Source of the DNA: Takakia lepidozioides
Lineage: Eukaryota; Plantae; Bryophyta
DNA: 64,000 bases
Direction of reading: 5' to 3'
Assembly (NCBI GenBank): GCA_030704615.1
Contig: CM060733.1
Span: forward strand, 19,902,001 to 19,966,000
The notes below the pieces were generated by a model. The model was not told the origin of the DNA. It saw only the letters and a list, made by a program, of their open reading frames with translations, and ran no database searches. The translations under genes and the position numbers were made by a program. How positions within the stretch are numbered: position 1 is the stretch's first letter; every line of letters starts with the position of its first letter. This document shows positions 33,420-47,189 of the stretch, piece after piece.

Positions 33420-36330
33420 AAGAATACACGCATGCATTTCCGGATGAGGTGGTACTTTGTGACAAACTCGGGGAGGACTATGTTGGTGTTCTCCTTTCCA
33501 GGGTGCTAGTGGGAGGATGTGGATCTCTCATGTTCATTGTCAAGTGGCCTTTGATTAGAACAAAATTCTTGCAAAATGGAAGGTTGCTTTCGGAAGATTT
33601 ACAAAATTTCTACAGCTCCGAGATGGCTAGTGAGCCGGAGGATGGTGAGTGTGGTATAAAGAAGGCTCCTTACAGGCATTTTCGTAGATCCAAAAGAGGT
33701 GTTGCTTTGGATGAGTCTTGGAAATCAAAAAGGTTACTCTCGAAAAAGTCTGTGAGAGAGGTCAGTATCAAACCATGTTGTCAGCTTCGATGTTGTCAAT
33801 TCTTTGACTGGAAGAAGACACTTGCTCTTCGCACCACATTTTGGGGATCTACCTTTGACAATAGACGAGAACTGGGATTTGAAATTCCACGGAGACTACA
33901 CAGACTCGAGGGGTCAACTCGTCGAACATACATTACTATTGAGGGAGAGGATATTTGCGAGAAGGCGTAGTGGACAATTCATGGAATTGGCAGGTCAACT
34001 TATATGGAGTACAAAAGACTCTCCAAAGAATGAGTTATCTCTTCTGTGCATGGAAATTGTGGAATGAAGCGGCCCCGCCCAGAGACTGTTCAGGCTGAGG
34101 GGAACATATTGTCTATCATTAACGGGAACAGTGATTTCATGCCACATAAGACGAGATGTATTGGTGAGGGACACCAAGATACACTCCGTGTACTACCTCC
34201 AGAGATTAATTGGAAACGAGTTCGAGATGAGTCCAACGAGGCGAGTATTTTTTTCTCATCTACTTCTTCTTTTGGACCTCTCTATTAAGACAATGTGAAT
34301 AAGATGTGATTTGGTTGAGCAAATATATTTTTTACATCGATCGATCAATAGTATTTATTTATCTACTACCTGTATTAGGCTGATGAGATTACTACAGCAG
34401 ACCTCGATATTAGTGTCAACGTGCTAATATATTCTTGGGCGCACGTGACAGACCAATCAGGTTCTGGGCTTAGGGCCTATTTCTACTTCAGCAGTGAGTC
34501 GAATTAGAAAGAATATGTTCTCCAACGACGAAGTCAGAAAAAATGGAGGGACATTTGCAAAATGTACAGAGTGTGAGATGCTAAATGACCTCATTAAGAA
34601 GTCTGTGAAAAGAAGTGTAGACCAAATGTGTCATAAGAAAGCTCTTGACAAACATTTGAAGCATCAAAAGTCTCACCGGAGACTCTACCATAGCTGGAGG
34701 AATGAATCAGTTATGATGCCAACATAATTCTTATGCATCATTCATGATAAGATGGATCATCAAAATACTGCTCTTTCATGTTTGCAAACAACGAACAATA
34801 TAATTTCAGGCTTGGGGCAGCTTCCAGTGTCTATGGTGGGTATCGTTACTCACGGTCACGGAGATGGTGCGTACGCTCAATATTGGATGGATTTTTGGCT
34901 AGCAGATCCCAACTTCGTTATAGGATCTTTGACTAGAATTTTGCGACAATTGGAGAAACCAACATGTCGTGAATCAATGGCCCTTTTTGACAACCCCATA
35001 CAAACTGATTTCTTTGAAGTCATAATGAGAGGAAAATCCAGGTGTTTGGATGTTTTGAAGTCTTGTTTTAAAAATGAAAAAAAGTGAACGTTTCCATTAC
35101 CACGAAGATTGTATCTACAAATGGACAATTGTGTCAAAGACAACAAGAATAGGTGGATGTTGGCGTTCTTATCACTGCTTACTGCAAGAGGGGTGTTTGA
35201 AAAAATTCAACTTGGTTTCCTTATGGTTGGCCATACGCATGAGGACATTGATGCTTATTTTAGTTACCTTTCGAAGAAATTGAAAGAGAACAACACCTAT
35301 GTTCTTTCCGATCTCATGAAAAATTTCATGATATCTCAAGACCTACAGTTCATTCCGCAAATAATTCAAGAAGTTCCAGACTTCAAGGATTTTGTCTATG
35401 GCTTTATTTTGGAGGGGAATGAGGCTTTGGTTGGAGCTACGGAAATGCATTTTTTTTGGTTTTTTGTTGATTCGGATGGCTGGCCTCTAATGCAATACAA
35501 AAAATCTGCAACAGATTCCAATTGTCTTCCAAAAAATGGCAATGTCAAAATGTGGAAAGCAAAAGACGATGGTTCTCCAATGCTTCTAGTTGGACAGCCA
35601 AAACCGCTCCGTAAGAGACCTATTTGGGGAGATGGTGAGGAAGCATCGGAGAAACAATCTTGCATCAAGTCCGGTATTAAAAAGTACATGGATTTTTGGA
35701 AAAAAATGACGCTATTGAATGATCAATATGGAAATATCATGAAACAATATGATCAATATTGGGCGGATATTCTTGAAGAACTTGACCTTCCGTTGGAGGA
35801 GCCAAATGACGAACTTATCGAAGGATTTTGGCCAGTAACAAAATGGGTCGAGCACCATAGGAGAGACGGTGCTCATAGACAGTCTCAAGACGCATTGTCC
35901 GATAATGAAGATATTGTGGGCCGAGATGTGACCGTCCGAAAATACCGTTGAATCCATTCAAGGATATTGAGAAGGGATTCTTTGTCCTTGTTCGTCCAAA
36001 TGATACGGAGACTTTTCCTGTTTGGATGAGAATGACAATATCGAATGTTGTACGAGATATAGAAGATCGCAATTACAAAAAGCTTCTTGTGGAGTGGTGG
36101 AGACCGAAGAAAGGGGGCAATCCTACAGATGCGGATAAGATTGTTGGTCCAAAAATTGGGAGTTCAACCCAATGGATTCCGCTCAATGGATTCATGTTGA
36201 CAATGTAGTGTGGACAATGTCACCGAGAAAAAATACGACAAAAGCAAGTACAAAAAAGATAACTGTTCGAAAGGCGGACAATGCTAGAGCAAATTTGGAA
36301 TCAACAAATCATCAAGATAATGAAAACTAA
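33420..36330 (+). pseudogene. Decayed Sola-like (DUF7869-type) DDD/E transposase
   Basis: CCQLRCC..FW, KCTEC, IIHDKMD, YLQMDNCVKDNKN and FLMVGHTHEDIDAYFS; several stops and frameshifts. The superfamily is recalled from motif similarity. Confidence 0.7.
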
Positions 36331-36599
36331 AATGGTATGAATGCAGACAACTCTCCAACTTTCTTGTTTTCTTGTAATGTTTTAAATCTCAATGACTTTG
36401 AATGATGGATAAAAAATAATTGTTTTACTCAATTATAATGTTGTTCATTCTTCTAGCCAAATTTGGACCACTTACAATAAATTTTGTATGAATAAATTTT
36501 GTTACAGTGGTTGGGATTAAAAAAAAAACCTTTTGCTTAGTAATACTTGCAAGTTTTTATATAACCTCCTAAACAATTTTCCAATTTTTTTTTTGGATT

Positions 36600-38820
36600 G
36601 GTTTGGATTTTTTAATGATATTTTTTATAGGTCCTAAATATTACTCTTTCATCATATTTGCTTATTATCTAATATACTTTAGCTTAGCCTAAGCCCAATA
36701 CCACAAAAATATCTTTGTAATGTTTGAAGCTTGAGACTCGAAATTAATTGTTTTTCTAACTTTGAGGTTGCATACTAGAGTGGTTGGAATATTTAATTGA
36801 AAATTTGTATAGGTCCTAAACACTCTCCCATCACCCCTATCATTCATACTTTTGCCGGAGACTTAACCCTATAGTCTTAACCCTATAGCCTAAAACGTAA
36901 TTGCTACATTTGAAGCTCAATTAATTGTATTTTCCAGCTTACATGTATGACAGAGTCATCGAGATATTTACTTGAAAATTCTTACTCTCCCATATGTTTT
37001 TTTTTACTTGAAGTACTTTTGTTTATCCGAAACCCTAGTATACCGCAAAACTTCATTCAAATGTTTGAAGTTCATTCAAATCAATTTTTGAGCTTTGGGT
37101 ATAATACAAATTACAATGGTTAGAATATTATATTGACTTGATTGTTGAATGTTTTAAAAATTATAGGTCCTAAACATTCATGCATATTTTTATGTGGTTC
37201 ATACTTTTATTTCTTATAAACTTTATGCCCCTAAAACCTTATATCCATGTTTGAAGCTTCTTAAGAAAGCAAATTTCTACTTTGGAATACAATGCATTCA
37301 AGGTTGGGATATTTGATTGAAAGTTTTTATAGGTTCCATACACTGTTGTTGTTTTTGGAAAGTTTTTATAGGACCTCGCACACAAACTGTCTCTTCTATA
37401 TTAGTTTCTTATTGATAATTTTGTCCACCTCATATCCATGTTTGAAGCCCAAGTCCCGTTTTTGTTTTTTTTGTTTGTTTATTTTTCCTCCCATTTCTCA
37501 ATTTTTCAGCTTTGGGATACAATAGAGTGGAGACGTGGTCGGAATAAATTTTAATCTCAACATGTATAAGATTGAATTAGCTCATTAAAACAATTGCTTA
37601 GTACTACTTGGTAGCAATTTTGTATGGAGCTTCCTTATAAGCACTTTTCAACCCTTTGTTAGATTGAATAGATTGTTTTTTTTTTTTTGGCTAGTACTAA
37701 GCTTTGGGGACTTAGTCTATAGAATTTTACGATATTTAATTGAGAGATTTTATATGTCTTAATTACTCTTGTAAATTTGTTTGTCATTGAATAGTATTAA
37801 ATTTGCTTACCCTAAATCCTAGTATGTCATCCTAAATTTTTTATTTTTTTATTGTTTGAAGCTCATTATTCTTTTCCCCCCCATTGACTCATTTTTAATA
37901 AGATAAAGTGGTCTGGATTTTTAATTGATATTTTTGTAAACCCTAAGTTCCATTCTTTCATATTTGTTCTTACCTATACTTTAGCTTCATAGCCTAAGCC
38001 CAGTACCCCAAAAATATCTTTGTAATGTTTGAAGCTCACTCAAAATTTTTTTTTTCTAACTTTGGGGTTGCATACTACTAAGGGTTGTTGGATATATTTA
38101 ATGAAATTTTGTATTGGTCCTAAACAGTATCCCATTATTTGTATCATTCACACTTTTGCTTGTTCTAAACCCTAGTATACCCTAAAACGTCATTTGAAGC
38201 TCATTGATTCAATTTATTCTAGCTTATATGTATGATAGAGTCCTTGAGATATTTACTCGGAAATTCTTATATGTTCTACACACTCGTCCATATTTTGTAC
38301 TTGATAGTACTTTTACCTCTCCAAACCCCTATACCCTAAACCTCATTCAAATATTTGAAGTTCATTCAAATCATTTTTCCAGCTTTGGGTATAATACAAT
38401 TATGGTTAAAATATTACTTGATTGAACGTTTTTATAGGTCATAAACTTTCTTGCATATTTGTGTGATTCATACTTATAATTTTTCTAAAATTTTATGCTC
38501 CTAAAACCTTATTTCTATGTTGGAAGCTCGTTATAAAAACACATTCTTACTTTGGGGTACAATGTATTCAAAGTTGAGATATTTGATTGAAAGTTCTTAT
38601 AGGTTCGATGCACTGTTTTTTTTTTTTTCCCCCCTCTTCATACTTTTTTCTTATCATAAATCCTACAATACCTCGAAACCTCATATCCCGGAGCGAGTCA
38701 TTGAAAAAATAAATGTACATAGCTTTCAACTTTGGAGTACATTGATACTTTAGTTTGGAGAAATTATTTCGATTAAAAATGTCTAGAAGTTCCATAGGTT
38801 CCATACATTTTTTCACATTT
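36600..38820. repeat. AT-rich degenerate tandem array (~155-190-bp monomers) with a ~1.3-kb higher-order duplication
   Basis: TTTGAAG recurs near 36723, 36909, 37063, 37250, 37441, 37855, 38028, 38193 and 38354. Block ~36674-37340 is repeated at ~37975-38610. Confidence 0.75.
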
Positions 38821-39685
38821 TATTAATGTTGATTCGGATTTCTCTTGTGAGTAAGATTTTTTTATTTCGTTGTACCGTTTTGATTTTGAATACCTTGTAG
38901 TTCGCCTTCGGGCCTTGTATTCATGTGTTAGTATTCATAAATTTATATCCGTGGTTACTCTTTTGCAGGAGTCAATTTGGATTCGAGACCGACATTCTTT
39001 TTTTTTACAAAACACAGTATTTTGTCTAAGTTCGAGTCTTCATTTTTACAAATTACCTATCTACACGGAGGCATTTGCAAAAACATATCTTCGTACGACG
39101 CACACCCAATCTTCTCAATGTTAGCCTTATGTGTAGATGTTATAGTTTCAGGGCTAGGGTGTTTGTGGACTATATATAGTGCCTTTGTATTGGGGATAGC
39201 AGACTATTTGACAACATGTATTGGGTAACGATGTCTCATGGATACTTGCGTTAATTAGTATATATCCTTTGCATTAGCTAAATTTGTATATCGTTCGATT
39301 TTGATGTCGACGTTTAATGAATTTGGAGTCATGCAAATTGTGTTATTAATATATATCATTTGCATTGTCTAATGTATGTCATTCGACTTTGATGTCGACG
39401 TTTAAGGAATTTGGAGTCATGCACATTCACTTGAAAAGTAAATCTTGATTCATTGCTTCATAATATTGTACTTATTTGATTTTAATTTAAATGTAAAATT
39501 TTATTAAGTTTTGTTCGGATTTAAGCCAAAAGTCTAGAATTAGTTAAAATTGAGTTCTGTATTTTGATTTTTATTTGGCGTCATCTTCCCACCTTCTTCA
39601 ACTTTACATGTGACTGACGGTTACGAAAACTTATATAGATCCATGAACGGAAATTGGAGGAAAGTACACAAACCCAGACAGAATC

Positions 39686-40414
39686 TGTCGCGGCCCTTTG
39701 CCTTGAGGGCAGGGGGGTCGGGATACATGAGGGGCTGCCCTTGTGGTGGGGGCAGTGGCAGCGATAGGTACGGGGGGCTGAAGCACCCTTGAGTGCCCAA
39801 AGCACTCAAGGAGGCGGAGGTGCTCACTAGGTGGAGCCCCGCACACCGGGATGCGGTGGGGGTGGCTTCACAAAGGGGTGGTGGTAGCTTAGCGGGACTT
39901 AGTGGGGGTGGCATAGGACTCACCATGGGGGCGGAGACCTCGTGGTGGGAGTCGTGGGGAGTCTTGGGACTCATCATGGTCCATAGGGGCCGTGGTGAGT
40001 GGGCCAAGACTCACCGCGACTCATCACCGGGAGTCGAGGGTTTTCGTGGTGGTTCGCCATAAAATGGCATGGCTGGTTGTGAAACCCCCGCGGACAGCTA
40101 CAGAAGTATATATAGGGAGTAGTAACCCCGAGAACGGTGCAAGCCCGTTGGTGACCAAAAACTAGTGAGTAAACGAGCGAGCCGGAAAGCGACCAAAGAG
40201 TGGGGAGCTGTTCTGGACTGCCAACTACCAAAGAGAATTCCCGCTGGGCCCAAATCGGTGGAGGGTTCTTTGGGAGATCAAAGGGGGACCGTTATGCCCT
40301 GGTGAGCAGCCGAAGCTCCAAGTTGGCCCGGCGGCCAGGTTGGGAGTTAGGCGCGCGCATCAAAGCGAATAACTATGACTTGAAGGGGAGCTTACCGAAT
40401 TGAGGTGCGCGACA
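39686..40414 (+). repeat. 5' LTR (729 bp)
   Basis: TG...CA; about 7 transitions relative to the 3' LTR. Confidence 0.96.
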
Positions 40415-40416
40415 CT

Positions 40417-40428
40417 TGGTATCAGAGC
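40417..40428 (+). promoter_or_regulatory. PBS for tRNA-Met(i) (TGGTATCAGAGC)
   Basis: Canonical sequence 2 nt after the LTR. Confidence 0.95.
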
Positions 40429-40468
40429 TTAGAGTTCAGTACGTGATCGTCCTTGGGATTGGCCTCAT

Positions 40469-42380
40469 CATGGGGTCGGGCAAGCCAAAGCGAAAGCGGA
40501 ATGGCCCAAAAGATGATGATCCTGGTGAGCCCGATGGGGGCGACGTGTCACCGAGGCGGCCGTTTGAGGAAGCGATGCATGTTTCCGAAAACGAGGCCGC
40601 TCAAGAGCGGGAGGAATCCGAGGAGTCGGAGCCCGATGAGTCCCTGAGAGCTCCGACCGACCAACAGATGCCTCCCATGCCGGCAGCCTTTTGGGAAGGG
40701 TTGTTGGCGCAGTTTGGCGGGACGCTGAAAGACGTGTTGAAGGCGGCTAATGCCACTTCCACTAAGGCAAAGTTTAAGGTGAAGCCTAAGGAACCCGGCA
40801 CCTTCGAGGGCGTCCGAAATCAGAAGGCACTCAACACCTGGCTCCTGGAGCTAGAACAGTACTTCCGGGCGGCCAAGTTGAGTGACGAGGATCGGGTGGA
40901 AGTGGCTCCCACCTATTTGAGGGGCTATGCTCAACAATGGTGGCAGAAACACCTTCACGACCGAGGTCCAAGCCCGGAAACCTTGAACTGGAGTGGGTTC
41001 AAGGAATTGATGAAGAGACAATTTGTGCCCCTCAACGCGTCCTGGCTTGCCCGGGACAAGATGAGGAATTTGAGGCAAACAGATGACATTCGGGGATATG
41101 TCCAGGCTTTCAATGTGCTTTTGCTCGAAGTCGCGGACATGGCAGAACCGGAAATGGTCTTCAACTTTGTGGCGGGACTGGCCCCATGGGCCAGGCGGAA
41201 GTTGGAGGAGAAGCCACCTAAGACTTTGAACGAGGCAATTGAGAGGGCTGAATGTTTCTCGGATGTCCCCAGGGGTGAAAGACAAGGTCGTACGGAGCTG
41301 AACCACAAGAAAACCCGGCGGGAAGGTGACTCCTTCCGACCGGAAAAGAAGTGGGATAGGCCACGCGGCGACAATGGCACGTGGAAATCGAAGGGAGGGC
41401 CATCACAAGTCAAGGCGGCACCCGGTGCTTCGAAAGGAAAAGCGGGTGGAGCGGCCTATGGCGGACAGAAGGCAACCTTTGATGGAGTGTGTTTCAATTG
41501 CGGGGAGCCCGGGCACATGGCCAAGAAGTGCACGAAGCCCCGACAATTGAACATGACTCGGGCGACCACAGAGCTGTCGGAAGATACCATCAGTCGCTTG
41601 GTGGAAGCGGTGGTCGCCAGGACTTGCAAGGTAGGCAAATTTTCTTGTGAGTTGTATCAGGAAACTGGCGCCTTACGTAAAGGGAGTCAGTTATTGTTCG
41701 TGGATGAGATAATATCCGGAACTAACGTGTCGTTGTTGGTGGACACAGGAGCGTTGCGCTCCTTCATGACACCGGCAACGGCACAAAAGCTGGGACTCCC
41801 GACAAGTGATGTGGGGGCCTCTATTGAGGTGCGTTCTGCCAAAGGAGAACCGCAATTGGCGACAAGGTTGGCGTTTGATGTTCCTCTTCAACTGGGGAGT
41901 TGGGAGGGACGTGAGAACTTCACCATCTGCGAGATCGATGGAGTGGATCTCATTTTGGGGATGACCTTTTTGAGCAAATCCGGAGCGGTCATAGATGGCC
42001 GCAAGAGAGTAGTCACGCTGCCATGTGGGAATGGTGGCGAGGCCTTACGAGTGTCGGAAATGCCCAAACCCGTGGGAGGGCGAATAAACCTTCTGTCAGC
42101 AAAGGAGTGGGCCGTGGAGGAGGCACACGAGCCCCAGTTTTTGCTCTACATTAGAGAAGTGAAAGGAGAAGACGATGGGGAGCCGAGCCCAGATTGGATC
42201 AAGGGGATTTTGGAGAAATACCAGGATGTGATGCCGGAGGATTTACCAAGCGGTTTGCCACCGCGAAGAGGAGTTGACCACAAGATTGAGGTGATACCGC
42301 CTAGGACTTGCCTCCTATTACCGGAAGTATGTGAGAAATTTCGCCAAGATCGCGGGGCCGCTGTCAGAGCTTCGGTGTAA
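40469..42380 (+). CDS. Gag - Zn knuckle - protease, truncated where RT should begin
   Basis: PKEPGTFEG, YLRGYAQQWW, CFNCGEPGHMAKKC, LVDTGA, DLILGMTFL, then LPPRRGVDHKIEVIP followed by the deletion junction at ~42300. Confidence 0.9.
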
Positions 42381-44323
42381 ATCCAAAGTCTGGGCATGGA
42401 ACACCTTTTGTGGCCAAGCTTTTGCTGAATTGAAGCAGCGGATGGCGGAAGCTCCAGTCTTGAAAATCTCGGAGTTCGATCGTCCGTTCGAGATACATAC
42501 AGATGCGTCGGACTTCGCGATCGGGGGTGTACTGATGCAAGATGGACGTCCAGTGGCTTACAAAAGTAAGAAACTGAATGAAGTGGAGCGACGGTGGCCG
42601 ACGCACGAGAAAGAGATAAAGGCGGTGGTGCACTGTCTTGAGCTTTCGCGCCACTATGTTGGTTCCAACCCCAGTGAAGGTGTTCACGGACAATGTCACG
42701 GTGAAGTATTTTGCCACGCAGCCCAAGTTGTCCCCAAAACAACTTAGGTGGCAAGATACTTTGGCGGTGTTCGACGTGGATATCCAGTACAAACCGGGAC
42801 GAGACAACGTGGTGGCCGATGCTTTAAGTAGAAAGCAGCAGCTCTTGTTGGTGTACAAGGGCGAGACGACGCTCCAAAGGAAGATCCGGAAGGCTTGCCG
42901 GAAGGATGAGCTGGCGAAGTCTGTGATGCAGGACTTGAGGATGGGGGTTAAATCGCAGTTCCACTTGCAAAATGGACTGCTCCGGTATAAGCCAAAGCGT
43001 CTCTACGTGCCGAAGGGAGGGATCAGAGATAGCCTCTTGAGAGAATGCCATGATAGCCCGCTTGCGGGCCACGGCGGAGCCAAACGCACTGCGGCACTCT
43101 TGAAGAAAGAGTATTTCTGGCCCAAACTGAGGGAGGAGGCAGAGGAGTATGTCAAGACATGCACCACATGCCAACAAAACCGGAGTGAGTACAAAAAGCA
43201 AGCAGGGCTGTTACAACCCTTGCCGGTTCCAGAGGGGACTTGGGAAAGCGTCTCGATGGATTTCATGACTGCTATGCCGCTGTCAAAAGGATTCGATGCA
43301 ATCATGGTGGTGGTGGATAGGTTCAGTAAAATGGGTCATTTCATCCCCACCAAGAAGACGGCAACGGCGCAGGAAACAGGGCGACTTTACTTCGCCCACG
43401 TCTTAAAGCATCATGGAGTCCCGAAAGATATTGTCTCGGACCGCAATCCAAAGTTTACGAGTAAATTTTGGAGGGCACTTTGGAAGAAGATGGGGACGAG
43501 GCTGAAGATGAGCACCGCCTTCCGACCTACGACCGACGGCCAAACAGAAAGAGTGAATTCTGTAGTGAAGCAGATCTTGCGGAATTACGTGTCGGCAGAC
43601 CAAACAGACTGGGTGGAACACTTAGACGCGGCAGAATTCTGTTATAATAACACAGAACACTCCGCAACGGGAGTTTCCCCTTTCATATTGGTCTATGGAA
43701 AAGCACCTCTGGTGCCGACAAGTTGGGCCGCCCAGGACGTTGAGGAACCGGCAGTAGTGGCGGTATTGGAAGAACGCGAGCGTTTGTTGAAGCTCGCAAA
43801 GTACAACATTGCCAAAGCTAGGAAACGGTATGAAAGGCAGGCGAATCGGAAGAGGAGGGAAGTGAAGTTTGAGGCAGGCACGGAGGTCTGGTTGAACATC
43901 AAGAATTTCCGACTACCTCCGGAAGTGAGTCCAAAGTTCGTACCTCCGTATGCGGGACCCTTTCGCATCCGGAAGGTTATGAATGAGGATGTGTATGAAT
44001 TGGAGCTGCCGGCAAACAGCAAGGTGCATCCAGTATTCCACGTCTCCCTTTTGAAGCCTTACTTCAAAAATGAAGCGCGTCCGAATCGGCATCAAGTGTT
44101 GCGTCCGCCACCTGTGCTGTTGGATCATGAAAATGAACCTGAGTACGAGGTGGAGGCAGTACTTAAGTCGAGGAGGTTCAAGAACCGAGAAACGGATTAT
44201 CTCGTCAAATGGAAGGGCTATCATCATGTGGAGGCATCTTGGGTGCGTGCCTCAGAAATGGGAAACGCATCCGAGGCAGTTGCAGTTTTCGAAGGGCGAC
44301 CTCAAAAGCGGAAGAAGCGTTGA
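42301..44323 (+). pseudogene. RNase H - integrase - chromodomain (one frameshift at ~42670)
   Basis: LGLASYYRKYVRNFAKIA, HTDASDFAIGGVL, HDSPLAGHGG..CTTCQ, SMDF, VSDR, TDGQTER, GPF, YEVEAVL..YLVKWKGY..ASW. Confidence 0.92.
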
Positions 44324-45229
44324 TGGGGACATCAACCTTGGAGCGTGGGGGAGGAAATGCATGCTTAGCCCGGCTTAGCTAGCTCAGGAATCCGATTGCA
44401 AAAATTTGTATTGTACAAAAATTTGTTATAAAAGAAATGGGTTCCAAATGTTGTGCGTCCTATTTTGTTTAGAATGGTGATGCATGGTGTGGTTGGCTAG
44501 TGTGTAGAATGCATGCTAGCTTACAAAAGTGGGAGAGGTAAATTGGGTTAATCGTGTGTTTGCGCAGTGCCGAAATCGGGTGACTCCCATCCAAGGGGCA
44601 AAGAAACATGCGCCTTCTTTGGGAGTTCACGTGCTAGTGCGCACCTGGCGCGTGCGCGTATTATAACTGCGCTGCTGAGGTGGTTGCCTTGTAGTGCGGG
44701 CTAACGCGGAAGCTACGTGCTTCCGTTCACGTACTATAATCGTGTAGCCTCGGGACGAAGTCGTAGTGCGGCTTCGACGTGTTCCCGTACCTCAGGCCAG
44801 CATTCCAAGACGGACCCAATTGTAGTGATTGGGGCGCACGGTTGGTTCAAGGTTATCTTCCTAGTCAAAGGGGGTTCGAGGTGAACCCTTGCGCAAGGTG
44901 ATGCCAAAGGCGGCATCATGAGCGATCGCAAGCAATGTTGTTGCAATAAGGCGATTCAATCCTCGGGGAGGATCGTTCCTTGGCCTTGAAGTAGGCCAAG
45001 AAGAGTGCACTGGGAGGAGCTTGAGAGGCTCCACCCCTGGCCGAGACTTGGAGGAAGTCGGCCGAACTAGCTAGTGGAGAGTAGAGTCAAGTGTGGGGTT
45101 TGGTTCTTCGCCATGGGACGCCATGGTACGGAAACAAACTCCTTGATGTGGGACGCCACAACTTGGATGTTCGTTTCTACAAAATGGACAAGTCGATGAG
45201 GACATCGACTCCCTGTTGGTAGGGGTGTG

Positions 45230-45958
45230 TGTCGCGGCCCTTTGCCTTGAGGGCAGGGGGGTCGGGACACATGAGGGGCTACCCCTGTGGTGGGGGCAGT
45301 GGCAGCGATAGGTACGGGGGGCTGAAGCACCCTTGAGTGCCCAAAGCACTCAAGGAGGCGGAGGTGCTCACTAGGTGGAGCCCCGCACACCGGGATGCGG
45401 TGGGGGTGGCTTCACAAAGGGGTGGTGGTAGCTTAGCGGGACTTAGTGGGGGTGGCATAGGACTCACCATGGGGGCGGAGACCTCGTGGTGGGAGTCGTG
45501 GGGAGTCTTGGGACTCATCACGGTCCATAGGGGCCGTGGTGAGTGGGCCAAGACTCACCGCGACTCATCACCGGGAGTCGAGGGTTTTCGTGGTGGTTCG
45601 CCATAAAATGGCATGGCTGGTTGTGAAACCCCCGCGGACAGCTACAGAAGTATATATAGGGAGTAGTAACCCCGAGAACGGTGCAAGCCCGTTGGTGACC
45701 AAAAACTAGTGAGTAAGCGAGCGAGCCGGAAAGCGACCAAAGAGTGGGGAGCTGTTCTGGACTGCCAACTACCAAAGGGAATTCCCGCTGGGCCCAAATC
45801 GGTGGAGGGTTCTTTGGGAGATCAAAGGGGGACCGTTATGCCCTGGTGAGCAGCCGAAGCTCCAAGTTGGCCCGGCGGCCAGGTTGGGAGTTAGGCGCGC
45901 GCATCAAAGCGAGTAACTATGACTTGAAGGGGAGCTTACCGAATTGAGGTGCGCGACA
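45230..45958 (+). repeat. 3' LTR (729 bp)
   Basis: Matches 39686-40414. Confidence 0.96.
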
Positions 45959-46255
45959 GAATCCATCGCGACTCAAACAGTGAGGAGGCAGATGGACTTA
46001 ACAATCAGGGTCAGCCCACCTGATCTGGTCATACAAGCAACCTCCACTGCCCAGTCGACGATGCGAGATGGAAGAAATGAGTCGGAGATGTTCGTTGCTC
46101 AGCGCGAAGGAAAAGAGAGCGAGCAGCCACAACAACAAATTCGGAATCCCTCCCCGAAACGGGTATACACTTCATAACCATCTTAGATATGTTCTTCTTT
46201 GTCCTTCTTCTAGTTCTCAAAACGAATTAATTGTTTTGTTATTCCACAAGATGAT

Positions 46256-46800
46256 ATGATTCATCCTCCAATCGACTATCACCAATCCGTGAACCCAAAA
46301 GATTGCTATCGTCTCTCTGAGGGACCGAATGGATGTCGACCAGGATACTACGTCCTGGTTCTTGACATCGGTTACCTTGGAGAGGATTACCTCCGAGATG
46401 GCCTGAGATCCCCTCCCGCAACCCATCCTTGTGTATGCGCTAGAAAATTCAAGCTTGCAGTCCGAAATGGTTTGGACGACTTCCTGAAATGGGTCCTCAA
46501 GCATTTTAAGGTCTACTTTTGGAACACTGGACCATTAGAAAATGTCCTGGATATAGGGCTGGCTTTGTTTTGAAGAAGGTTTTACAAGATCAAGGAATTC
46601 AGCAATGAGGACTGCGTGAAGCATAGACAGTCTTTCAGTGACGAATGACCCAAATATCCGAAAGCGTCAATATATCTTAAACGTCTTTACGACATTATCA
46701 CTGTAGACGACACTGTAGCGTACAGATCAAACACACTTCTCATCACTGTAGTAAATATGTATAAGTCCTACTTGAACCCAAAGTGGAAAAACCCATAGGA
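46256..46800 (+). pseudogene. Decayed FCP1/NIF (HAD-family CTD-phosphatase-like) domain 1
   Basis: YVLVLDIG..., VRNGLDDFLKWVLKHFKVYFWNTG. Confidence 0.6.
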
Positions 46801-47189
46801 TGTCGACCGTATAATGACCCAAAGGTCAAATGCCTTTTGCTATGGGATTTCCAGTGACAGGTTTATCTTAGAAAACAAAAATTTCCTTGGAACAGATTGA
46901 AACGTAGATGGCTGCTCTAGATTTTCCTGAACCTTGACTGTCCAGTGGACGTTGCTCCCAATCTCAATCTTATCCATGGTTTATCTTGATTACCACCTAA
47001 GTGGATGCATGAATTTCTCACAGATTGCAGCACCAGTTTCTCCACTTACGAAATGATTGCGCTTGATAATTTTTTACCTGAATGGAGTTTTGTGCAAAGT
47101 CTTGAAGCACCAAAAGAGCTACAATGTCTCGGGCCGAATGTCCGAGACAGACTACAGGATACCAGCTCTTGTTGGATTTTGACTTGTCT

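Larger units (their letters stand above)
39686..45958 (+). mobile_element. Chromovirus (Ty3/Gypsy) LTR retrotransposon with the RT domain deleted
   Basis: 729-bp LTRs. GAATC TSD at 39681-39685 and 45959-45963. Met-i PBS. Gag-PR followed by RH-INT-chromodomain. Confidence 0.95.
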
